NCBI GenBank assembly: GCA_947624455.1
Contig: CANQKL010000001.1
Span: forward strand, 1-45,276
Length of the DNA stretch: 45,276 bases
Direction of reading: 5' to 3'
From: an uncultured Clostridia bacterium
GTDB taxonomy: Bacteria > Bacillota > Clostridia > UMGS1883
Below the pieces are notes generated by a model that worked only from the letters and a program-made list of their open reading frames with translations, made no database searches and was not told the origin of the DNA. Positions 36,947 through 45,276 of the stretch are shown in pieces (the stretch's first letter is position 1; every line of letters begins with the position of its first letter). The position numbers and the translations under genes are program-made.

Positions 36947-37013
36947 AATCCCGGGTACACGCCCCGGGATTTTATGTTTTTTATCGAAAGGGGGTTCCCT
37001 TTCGAGCTTCCCT
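36947..37013 (+). repeat. Family C partial copy (tandem duplicate of the terminator and third-hairpin modules)
   Basis: aatcccgggtacacgccccgggattttatgttttttatcgaaagggggttccctttcgagcttccc is nearly identical to 36848-36913. Confidence 0.85.
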
Positions 37014-37030
37014 TATTCTAAAAAAAACTC

Positions 37031-37059
37031 TTTACAAACCGTGGAAAATGTGATAGAAT
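37031..37059 (+). promoter_or_regulatory. Promoter of the LRR-gene leader
   Basis: TTTACA (37031-37036), 17-nt spacer, TGa-TAGAAT (37054-37059). Confidence 0.55.
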
Positions 37060-37063
37060 AGTC

Positions 37064-37241
37064 CTGCGAGACAACTGGATATTATTCTGAGATCACGGTA
37101 GGTGTACGTATATGAAAAAAACGTATGCTTTGGTATTCATTTCTTATCGTGTTTTCAGATGGAGTGAAGTTGTCTCGCAGCAATAAGCCTTGGCAGACGT
37201 TTTTTGTGCGCTGCCCCAACAATACGAGCGGCGCATTTTTT
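37064..37241 (+). promoter_or_regulatory. Structured leader: 13-bp long-range stem enclosing a small ORF, then an intrinsic terminator
   Basis: ctgcgagacaact (37064-37076) pairs perfectly with agttgtctcgcag (37168-37180). Terminator tgcgctgc...gcggcgca plus T6 at 37207-37241. Confidence 0.5.
37112..37186 (+). CDS. Candidate 24-codon leader peptide MKKTYALVFISYRVFRWSEVVSQQ
   Basis: AGGTG lies 7 nt upstream of ATG 37112. The last 6 sense codons lie in the right arm of the 13-bp stem. Confidence 0.3.
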   Translation: MKKTYALVFISYRVFRWSEVVSQQ

Positions 37242-37272
37242 ACGCCGTGACAGGACTGAGGAGGACATTCTT

Positions 37273-39294
37273 ATGAAAAAAGCTTTGACAGCGATAGCGG
37301 CCGCGATTTTGGCTGCTCTGGGCCTGTGCGCCGCCGCCTCGGCGGAGCAGTTCACCGAGGGCTTCTACACCTATACCGTCGAAAACGGCGAGGCCACCAT
37401 AACCAGGATCACCGGCGAACATCCGGACGGGGACGGCAATCTGGTCATTCCCTCGGAGCTGGGCGGCTGTCCGGTGACCGCTATCGGCGACAGCGCCTGC
37501 ACCCACAGGGGCCTTGATCAGGCGGTCAAAACTCACTATGTGCTTCCCGAGACCTTGACCACGGTGGAGCCTTACGCCTTTTACTACAACAAAAATATTA
37601 CCGGCCTTACGGTTCAGAGCAATTTGGAAACTGTGGGGACTCAGGCTTTTGCCGGCGTGTCCGTTGAAGAACTGATAATCGGCGACCAGGTGACCGATTT
37701 CAAACTCGGCCTGCCCCACAAACCGTCGAAAAGGGCCGTCATCGGCAAAAATATCACCGAGATACCCGACAAATTTTTTGAGTACAGCGAGTTTGACGAG
37801 ATAACTTTTCGGGGCGCCCCCGTCAGGATCGGCAGCCGGGCCTTTTACGGCTGTACCGCTCTGAGCCGCCTGGAGCTTGGCGATAAGCTTACATATATTG
37901 GGAGCGAGGCCTTTAGCGGCCTGACCGAGACGGAGATAACCCTCGATTCAAGCAACGTGACCGAAATAGGCTACGACGCCTTTAGGAACTGCGCCAAGCT
38001 GAGCGGCGAGCTTGACCTGAGAGGGCTTGAAAAAATAGAAAGCGGAGTTTTCAAGGGCTGCGCGGGCCTGAGCCGCCTGGAGCTTGGCGATAAGCTGACA
38101 TATATTGGGGACGAGGCCTTTAGCGGCCTGACCGAGACGGAGATAACCCTCGATTCAAGCAACGTGACCGAAATAGGCTACGAGGCTTTTAAAGACTGCG
38201 CCGGGCTGAGCGGCGAGCTTGATCTGAGGGGGCTTGAGAAAGTAGAAAACGGGGCTTTCATGGGCTGCATGGGCTTGAGCCGGGCGGAGCTCGGCTACGG
38301 GCTGACGAGCATAGGCGAGAACGCCTTTTACGGCTGCCTTGCGCTGGAGTCCGCCCATATCCCCGACAGCGCGTACAGCGTTGGGGATATGGCCTTCGCC
38401 CTCTGCCCGAGCCTCAGCGACGTGACGTTGCCCAGGGGCCTCGCGGAAATACCCAGCGGCCTGTTTTTGGGCTGCGCATCCCTCACAGAGATACAGATAC
38501 CCAATACCGTCACGAACATACGCTATATGGCCTTTGCCGGTACGGGTCTGGAGCGCGTGACTCTGCCCTCCGCCCTGGAGAGCCTGAGCAATCTGGTGTT
38601 TTACGGCTGCGACTCCCTGGACTATATCGACATAAAGGGGAACCCCTACTACAGCTCCGAGGACGGCGTCATCTACTACACGTCCGGCGGCAGCAAGGTG
38701 CTGGGCGTATATCCTCCCGGGCGGACAGGCAAGTTCACCGTTCCCGCCGGAGTGGGCTACATCTTTAACGGGGCCTTTGCCACATCGTCCCTCACCAGCC
38801 TGACCGTACCCTCCACCGTCATGAGTATTGGGGAGCTGGCCTTTGCGGACAGCGATATGACGGTTTACGTTTACAGCGGCAGCGTGGCCGAAAATTACCT
38901 TTTGACCTATCCTGACGAGGCGGACTATTTTGTGGTCAACGGCGAGCGTCGGGGGCTGTTCCTGAACAGGTTCAGCGCCGGTTCCGCCGGGGTGAGGGTG
39001 TCGGTTATGAACGACACCTCCCGGGCCATGGACTGCGGTACTCTGTACGTGGCTCAGATGTGCGGCGACCGGGTGCTGAGGGTGGATGCCTTTGACTGCG
39101 GCACGGTCTACCGCCAGGGGAAGCAGGTCTTTAGGGTCACGGATATGGAGCCGGAAGCGGATTCCGCCGCCGTGTACCTTTGGGACGACGTGCTGCGGCC
39201 GCTGACCGACTGTTGCAGGGCTTTGCCCTCGGACGCTTCGGCACAGCAGGCGGGCCAAGGGGAACAGACCCTTGACAAATTTGCCGCCCAGTGA
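37273..39294 (+). CDS. Secreted BspA-type leucine-rich-repeat (LRR_5-like) surface protein
   Basis: ATG 37273 follows GAGGAGG. Signal peptide MKKALTAIAAAILAALGLCAAASA. Many repeats of the form ..IP..VT.IG..AF..C..L.. Confidence 0.8.
   Translation: MKKALTAIAAAILAALGLCAAASAEQFTEGFYTYTVENGEATITRITGEHPDGDGNLVIPSELGGCPVTAIGDSACTHRGLDQAVKTHYVLPETLTTVEPYAFYYNKNITGLTVQSNLETVGTQAFAGVSVEELIIGDQVTDFKLGLPHKPSKRAVIGKNITEIPDKFFEYSEFDEITFRGAPVRIGSRAFYGCTALSRLELGDKLTYIGSEAFSGLTETEITLDSSNVTEIGYDAFRNCAKLSGELDLRGLEKIESGVFKGCAGLSRLELGDKLTYIGDEAFSGLTETEITLDSSNVTEIGYEAFKDCAGLSGELDLRGLEKVENGAFMGCMGLSRAELGYGLTSIGENAFYGCLALESAHIPDSAYSVGDMAFALCPSLSDVTLPRGLAEIPSGLFLGCASLTEIQIPNTVTNIRYMAFAGTGLERVTLPSALESLSNLVFYGCDSLDYIDIKGNPYYSSEDGVIYYTSGGSKVLGVYPPGRTGKFTVPAGVGYIFNGAFATSSLTSLTVPSTVMSIGELAFADSDMTVYVYSGSVAENYLLTYPDEADYFVVNGERRGLFLNRFSAGSAGVRVSVMNDTSRAMDCGTLYVAQMCGDRVLRVDAFDCGTVYRQGKQVFRVTDMEPEADSAAVYLWDDVLRPLTDCCRALPSDASAQQAGQGEQTLDKFAAQ
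37861..38274 (+). repeat. In-frame tandem duplication (2 x 207 nt) inside the LRR gene
   Basis: The first 116 nt of each unit differ at only 3 positions; the remaining 91 nt are about 80% identical. Confidence 0.9.
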
Positions 39295-39300
39295 TATAAT
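39272..39300 (+). promoter_or_regulatory. Consensus promoter of rnpB, embedded in the last codons and stop of the LRR gene
   Basis: TTGACA (39272-39277), 17-nt spacer, TGa-TATAAT (39295-39300). The LRR stop TGA is at 39292-39294. Confidence 0.7.
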
Positions 39301-39302
39301 AG

Positions 39303-39641
<339 letters not shown>

Positions 39642-39645
<4 letters not shown>

Positions 39646-39671
39646 TCGGGGCGTTGCCCCGGCGCCTTTTT
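39642..39671 (+). terminator. Intrinsic terminator of rnpB
   Basis: ggcgtcggggc-gtt-gccccggcgcc, an 11-bp stem with one G.U pair, followed by T5. Confidence 0.65.
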
Positions 39672-39813
39672 CGCGGGCAAAGGTATTTGGGATAGTATTT
39701 GCCGTGACGTTTGACGTAAAATTTGCGATAATTAATTTTATAATCGTTACTGTAAACGGAATTGCGGGCAATGAAAACCCCACAAACAACACGTTTATGG
39801 TTCCCCACCCTCC

Positions 39814-39838
39814 GTAGGGGCGGCCATTGGCCGTCCGC
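39814..39838 (+). repeat. REP-like unit (family B)
   Basis: GTAGgggcggccattggccgtccgc. Confidence 0.7.
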
Positions 39839-39928
39839 CATTTAACGTTTACGGTGAAAATTATGAACATTATTATGGGAAACATTTGCGCAAAATGTAT
39901 AAAATTATTAAAATATAGCCTTGATATC

Positions 39929-39953
39929 GTAGGGGAGCGCATTGCGCTCCCGC
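39929..39953 (+). repeat. REP-like unit (family B)
   Basis: GTAGgggagcgcattgcgctcccgc. Confidence 0.7.
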
Positions 39954-40016
39954 GACCCGTAAGCACGGCAAAAATCAAGCCTGCCATCGTATAAGCGACC
40001 AACCCCAGGGGATTTT

Positions 40017-40040
40017 TAAGGGGAACCGCAGTTCCCCTTA
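40017..40040. repeat. GGGGAAC..GTTCCCC hairpin (family D)
   Basis: taaggggaac-cgca-gttcccctta. Related hairpins lie at 44508-44539 and 19823-19838. Confidence 0.55.
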
Positions 40041-40193
40041 AACGCCCTAGGGGGTCCGGGGGAGCGTCGTCGCAAGCTCGGTTCGCTTGTTTCGATTTGG
40101 GAAATCGAAACGTGGCTCACCTCGCTGCTCCTCCTTTTCCCCACAAAATCGGCTTCGCCGTTTTGCGGGGTACCCCTGCTTTTGGTACTTTTG

Positions 40194-40287
40194 CCGCGCA
40201 AAAGTACACAGAAATAAAAGTTATTGCGACAAACAACGCCGAAGGCGTTTACGAAGTTTTGGGAATATGATAAATTGTGTTGTTGCG
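40194..40287 (+). repeat. Dispersed intergenic repeat, family A, copy 2
   Basis: About 93% identical to 18078-18170. Its 5' end lies in the 10-bp hairpin gtacttttgc-cgc-gcaaaagtac (40185-40207). Confidence 0.85.
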
Positions 40288-40327
40288 TCTAATGATTTAG
40301 TCTCAAAATTACTGTAAATCTGTGTAG

Positions 40328-40352
40328 GCGGACGCGCAATGCGCGCCCCTAC
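40328..40352 (-). repeat. REP-like unit (family B), reverse orientation
   Basis: gcggacgcgcaatgcgcgcccCTAC is the reverse complement of the unit at 19941-19965. The downstream spacer is homologous to 19889-19940. Confidence 0.75.
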
Positions 40353-40480
40353 GGAATCCAGGTTACATTTATCGTGGATTACCATATTTACGTTCCCTTT
40401 CCTCCATGGACCATACCGCCCGTGAATCAAATTCCACGCACAAAGGGCCGCCCGGCGGCGGCCCTTTATTACTTATTGCG

Positions 40481-41962
<1,482 letters not shown>

Positions 41963-41976
41963 TTATTATCATTTTT

Positions 41977-42005
41977 ATTATACCAAAAACGTCAATCCTC
42001 GTCAA
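41977..42005 (-). promoter_or_regulatory. Promoter of guaB, overlapping the dus stop region
   Basis: On the minus strand: TTGACG, 17-nt spacer, TATAAT. Confidence 0.5.
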
Positions 42006-42942
42006 TAGCTTTTTTTAATATTTCCCGCATTTTTTCCAGGGTGGAGGCCCGATTTATCTCCTCCCGGAGAGCGGCGGCCCCGTTTACGCCGTGAACGTAC
42101 CAGGCGGCGTGCTTGCGGGCTTCGAGAACGCCGATCCGCTCGCCCTTGAAGCGGACTATCAGCTCGATATGCTCCTGCGCCAGCTCCATTTTCTCCCGCC
42201 GGGAAAGCTCCGGCGCGGAGGTTCCCTCCAAAGCGGCGGATATTTCCCGAAATACCCAGGGCCGCCCCTGAGCGCCCCTGCCCACCATAACGGCCTGGGC
42301 GCCGGTTTCCTCCAAAAGGGAGAGCGCGTCGGCGGCGGAGCGAACGTCGCCGTTGGCGATGAGCGGAATGGAGATTCGCTCCCGAACGGCCCTTATCACC
42401 CGCCTGTCGGACTGGCCGCTGTAAAACTGGGAGCGGGTGCGCCCGTGAACGGCCACGGCGGCGGCCCCGTTTTTCTCGGCAATCTCGGCGATGAGGGGGG
42501 CGTTGATATGCTCCATATCCCAGCCCGCCCGCATTTTCACCGTCACGGGCTTCGAGGCGGCCCCCACGGCGGCGGCCACTATCTCCCCCGCCAAAACGGG
42601 ATCCCGCATGAGGGCGCAGCCCTCGCCGTTGCCGGTGATCTTGGGCGCGGGGCAGCCCATGTTGATGTCTATGAAAAGCCCCATTTTTTCCGCCTGAGCC
42701 GCGGCCCGGGCCACGGACTCGGGTTCGGAGGCAAAGAGCTGTACCGCCGTGGGCAGGCCGCCCGTCTCCATGAGCGCGTGGGTCTTGACGTTGCCAAAGC
42801 CCAGAGCTTTGGCGCTGACCATTTCCGTATAAGACAGCCCCGCGCCCATCTTATGACAGATAATCCGAAAGGGTAGATCGGCCACTCCGGCCATGGGCGC
42901 GAGGATGAGGTTGTTTTTGAGTTCGACGGTTCCGATTTTCAT
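41992..42942 (-). CDS. dus: tRNA-dihydrouridine synthase
   Basis: LAPMAGV.D..FR, DINMGCP, FMN-binding TIM-barrel blocks, and a C-terminal helical domain. Confidence 0.9.
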   Translation of the reverse strand: MKIGTVELKNNLILAPMAGVADLPFRIICHKMGAGLSYTEMVSAKALGFGNVKTHALMETGGLPTAVQLFASEPESVARAAAQAEKMGLFIDINMGCPAPKITGNGEGCALMRDPVLAGEIVAAAVGAASKPVTVKMRAGWDMEHINAPLIAEIAEKNGAAAVAVHGRTRSQFYSGQSDRRVIRAVRERISIPLIANGDVRSAADALSLLEETGAQAVMVGRGAQGRPWVFREISAALEGTSAPELSRREKMELAQEHIELIVRFKGERIGVLEARKHAAWYVHGVNGAAALREEINRASTLEKMREILKKAIDED

Positions 42943-42954
42943 AAGCTTCCTATT

Positions 42955-44043
42955 TTATATATCCAGCTTCATGTCGCCGGGGCGTATCCAGCCGATCTTT
43001 CTCAGCCCCTCGCTGACGGCCAGGCTTATAGCCGCCGGAAGGACAAAGTAGGTCAGCAGTATTATTCCCAGCACGGGCAAAGACCCGGCGGAGGGAGCCA
43101 TAACGGAATAGGTCATTATGGGGCCGACCAGACCGGCCGTACCCATGCCGCTGCCGACGGCGTTGGACTCGATGTGGAAAAGCATGGTCGATACGGGGCC
43201 TAACACGGCGCTGCTGACGATAGCGGGCAGCCAGATCACGGGGCGGCGGATAATGTTGGGGATCTGGAGCATACTCGTACCCAGGCCCTGAGCCACCAGG
43301 CCCCCGGCTTTGTTTTCACGGAAGCTGGCCACGGCGAAGCCTATCATGTTGGCGCAGCAGCCAGCGGTAGCGGCTCCGGCGGCGAGGCCGCTGAGGCCCA
43401 GGGAAACGCCGATAGCCGCCGAGCTGATGGGCAGGGTCAGGAATATGCCCATGAGTACGGACACCACTATGCCCATGAGGAGGGGCTGCTGTTCGGTACC
43501 CCAGTTAACCAGCTGGCCCAGCCAGCCCATGAAGGCGGAGATATAGGGGCCTACCAGCAGGCCCGCCGCGCTGCCAGCCACGGCGCAGCAGACGGGGGTG
43601 AGGAGAATGTCAATTCCGGTCTTTCCGCTGACGAGGCGGCCAACGCCAATAGCCGCCAGCGCGCCCACGAAAGCGCCCAAAGGTTCGCCGGGAGGGGTGA
43701 CGCTGAAGGAGGAACCGGCGAAGAAGGTTCCCGCCAATATGGCCTTGGCGTAAGCTCCCACCAAGCCGCAGAGGGCGGCGCTGATGGTGACCAGTGGAGC
43801 CGTCTGTTTCAGCTTCATAGCCGTGCCGCAGCCGATGCCCGCGCCGGTGAGGAGCTGGGCCGTTTTGCCAAGCACCAGCAGCAGGCCGCCCAAGGTTCCG
43901 GGGATAAAGTCAGCCAGCTGCACGAAGATGGTACCCACGATGAGGGTGGCGAACAGGCCCAGGGCCATACCGCTGAGGCCGTCAATAAACACGGCGTAGA
44001 GGACGCTCTTTTTTTCGCCGCCGTTTTTCGGGACATTCGTCAT
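42955..44043 (-). CDS. Polytopic membrane protein, PTS EIIC-like (PTS_EIIC_2-type) permease
   Basis: Start ATG at 44043 follows GGGAGGA. About 10 TM helices. Gly/Ala-rich blocks and GTSMLQIPNI recalled from the PTS_EIIC_2 family; not verified. Confidence 0.5.
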   Translation of the reverse strand: MTNVPKNGGEKKSVLYAVFIDGLSGMALGLFATLIVGTIFVQLADFIPGTLGGLLLVLGKTAQLLTGAGIGCGTAMKLKQTAPLVTISAALCGLVGAYAKAILAGTFFAGSSFSVTPPGEPLGAFVGALAAIGVGRLVSGKTGIDILLTPVCCAVAGSAAGLLVGPYISAFMGWLGQLVNWGTEQQPLLMGIVVSVLMGIFLTLPISSAAIGVSLGLSGLAAGAATAGCCANMIGFAVASFRENKAGGLVAQGLGTSMLQIPNIIRRPVIWLPAIVSSAVLGPVSTMLFHIESNAVGSGMGTAGLVGPIMTYSVMAPSAGSLPVLGIILLTYFVLPAAISLAVSEGLRKIGWIRPGDMKLDI

Positions 44044-44074
44044 AATTATTCCTCCCAAAAAAGTAATTTTCAAT

Positions 44075-44103
44075 ATTATATACCGGTCATGAAAAAAAAT
44101 CAA
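44075..44103 (-). promoter_or_regulatory. Promoter of the EIIC-like/dus operon
   Basis: On the minus strand: TTGATT, 17-nt spacer, TATAAT. Confidence 0.5.
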
Positions 44104-44240
44104 GAAAAAATTTTCACAAAGTATAAAAAAACTATTGAAAATAATTATAATTTGTGTTAAAGTAGAGTTAGGGATATGCACAGGAGAGTCGAACCCCTGC
44201 TTAAGCAAATCCTAAAACATTATAAGCGAGGTGTATTAAC

Positions 44241-44411
44241 ATGGCATATGTTATCAGCGACGACTGCATCAGCTGCGGCGCTTGTGCCGATGGATGTCCC
44301 GTAAGCTGCATCAGCGAGGGCGACGGCAAGTACGTAATTGACGCGGATCAGTGCATCGAGTGCGGCGCTTGCGCCGACACTTGCCCCGTAGGCGCTCCCT
44401 CTCAGGAGTAA
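44241..44411 (+). CDS. fdx: Clostridial-type 2x[4Fe-4S] ferredoxin (56 aa)
   Basis: Not in the ORF track. MAYVISDDCISCGACADGCPVSCISEGDGKYVIDADQCIECGACADTCPVGAPSQE has two CxxCxxCxxxCP motifs. GAGGTG RBS. Confidence 0.93.
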   Translation: MAYVISDDCISCGACADGCPVSCISEGDGKYVIDADQCIECGACADTCPVGAPSQE

Positions 44412-44459
44412 TAGGTCGCCTACCCGTTTTCATTCTTATTCTATTCCTATTTTCTTTTG

Positions 44460-44494
44460 CCCCCAAACGCCTGTTGTTTGGGGGGATTTTTTTT
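44460..44494 (+). terminator. Intrinsic terminator of the ferredoxin gene
   Basis: cccccaaac-gcctgtt-gtttggggg followed by T8. Confidence 0.8.
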
Positions 44495-44507
44495 GCGCTA
44501 TCGCTAT

Positions 44508-44539
44508 CGTCGGGGGAACCCGCTGCGGTTCCCCCGACG
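44508..44539. repeat. GGGGGAACC..GGTTCCCCC hairpin (family D)
   Basis: cgtcgggggaacccgc-t-gcggttcccccgacg, about a 15-bp stem with one bulge. Confidence 0.55.
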
Positions 44540-44551
44540 TGATCCCCCTCC

Positions 44552-44699
44552 GCATCGGGCGCTTTCGCTTACGAAAATTTGTCTGCGGACAAATTTTCTA
44601 CCCCGATTAAGGTATCAAATCCCGGGTACACGCCCCGGGATTTGATGTTTTCTATCGAAAGGGAGTTCCCTTTCGAGCTTTCCCCCTCGTGCATAGGGG
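44552..44699 (+). repeat. Composite multi-hairpin repeat, family C, copy 2
   Basis: Collinear with 36772-36928. The first hairpin has a different sequence (aaaatttgtc-tgcg-gacaaatttt) but is still a hairpin. Confidence 0.85.
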
Positions 44700-44758
44700 G
44701 TTCAGTAATCTTACACTGGAGTCTTATTTCCCCAGCGACAGCTCACGTCAACTTACAC

Positions 44759-44787
44759 TTGATTTTCAAGCCCGATTGTGCTATAAT
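44759..44787 (+). promoter_or_regulatory. Promoter of the methyltransferase gene
   Basis: TTGATT (44759-44764), 17-nt spacer, TATAAT (44782-44787). Confidence 0.5.
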
Positions 44788-44818
44788 TATACAAACAGCC
44801 GAAAGGGGGCCGCTTCCC

Positions 44819-45276
44819 ATGGAAAAAATCGAGGATCTGGGCATTAAGGGCTACAAGGTCATACAGGACAAGGACGGCTTCTGCTTCGGCAGCGACGCGG
44901 TGCTGCTGTCCAGGTTCGCCAAGGTGAAAAAGGGCAGCCGGGGCCTGGATCTGTGTACCGGCACGGGCATTATACCGGTGCTGACCTACGCCCTTTACGA
45001 GCCGGCTTCCATCGACGCGGTGGAGCTTATACCACGAGTCGCCGCCATGGCCGCCCGAACTATGGCGATTAACGGCCTTTCCCAGGTCATTAGGGTGAAA
45101 AACGCCGACCTCAAGGCCGCGCCGGAAATATACGGCTGCCGGGTCTTCGACTTCGTCACCTGCAATCCCCCCTATATGCCCAGCGGCGGCGGTCTGGTGA
45201 ACCCCAGAGACGAACTGGCCCTCAGCCGCCACGAGATAGCCTGCACCCTGGACGACGTGGTTCGCGTCTCCTCCCG
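44819..45276 (+). CDS. SAM-dependent N6-adenine methyltransferase, tRNA1(Val) m6A37 (YfiC/TrmN6)-like; 3' end outside the window
   Basis: ATG 44819; open to the window end. SAM motif LDLCTGTGIIPV and catalytic NPPY. Confidence 0.7.
   Translation, partial: MEKIEDLGIKGYKVIQDKDGFCFGSDAVLLSRFAKVKKGSRGLDLCTGTGIIPVLTYALYEPASIDAVELIPRVAAMAARTMAINGLSQVIRVKNADLKAAPEIYGCRVFDFVTCNPPYMPSGGGLVNPRDELALSRHEIACTLDDVVRVSS

Noticed and set aside
44170-44215. tRNA-like T-arm on the minus strand (aGGGGTTCGACTCTCCTgtgcata) in the EIIC/ferredoxin divergent region. It could be a tRNA gene or an att-site remnant.
   Set aside because: No acceptor, D or anticodon arms can be built from the flanking AT-rich sequence. 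On the plus strand it folds as a simple imperfect hairpin in the likely ferredoxin 5' UTR. The evidence for an integration scar is insufficient.

Overview
The window is a high-GC (about 58-60%) Firmicutes/Clostridia-type chromosomal segment, probably Oscillospiraceae/Ruminococcaceae-like, and it is almost entirely core genome. Left to right it holds a HAD hydrolase 3' end and argS, then a compact dcw cluster (mraZ-rsmH-ftsL-PBP-murE-mraY-ftsW-murG-murA-ftsQ-ftsZ). Next come a small AT-rich island with a DUF6291-like gene and a phased DnaA-box-like array, then argD-argF, a GNAT gene, a lipoprotein gene and pyrE. A toxin-first RelE/ParE pair follows on the minus strand. The complete S10-spc-alpha ribosomal superoperon runs from rpsJ to rplQ and includes secY, adk, map, infA and rpmJ. 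After it come a BspA-type leucine-rich-repeat surface protein, RNase P RNA, and minus-strand guaB, dus and a PTS-EIIC-like permease. The window ends with a clostridial 2x[4Fe-4S] ferredoxin and the 5' part of an NPPY methyltransferase. No CRISPR array, tRNA, rRNA, transposase or recognisable defence system was found. The unusual content is in the intergenic DNA. There are at least four families of short dispersed palindromic repeats, including REP-like GTAG+palindrome units. There is an origin-like box array between ftsZ and argD. Several leaders are long and hairpin-rich: ftsL-PBP, upstream of rpsJ, rpmJ-rpsM, and a stem/sORF/terminator leader upstream of the LRR gene that shares its first 12 nt with rnpB. 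All calls come from reading the sequence and from remembered family motifs; no database search was run.
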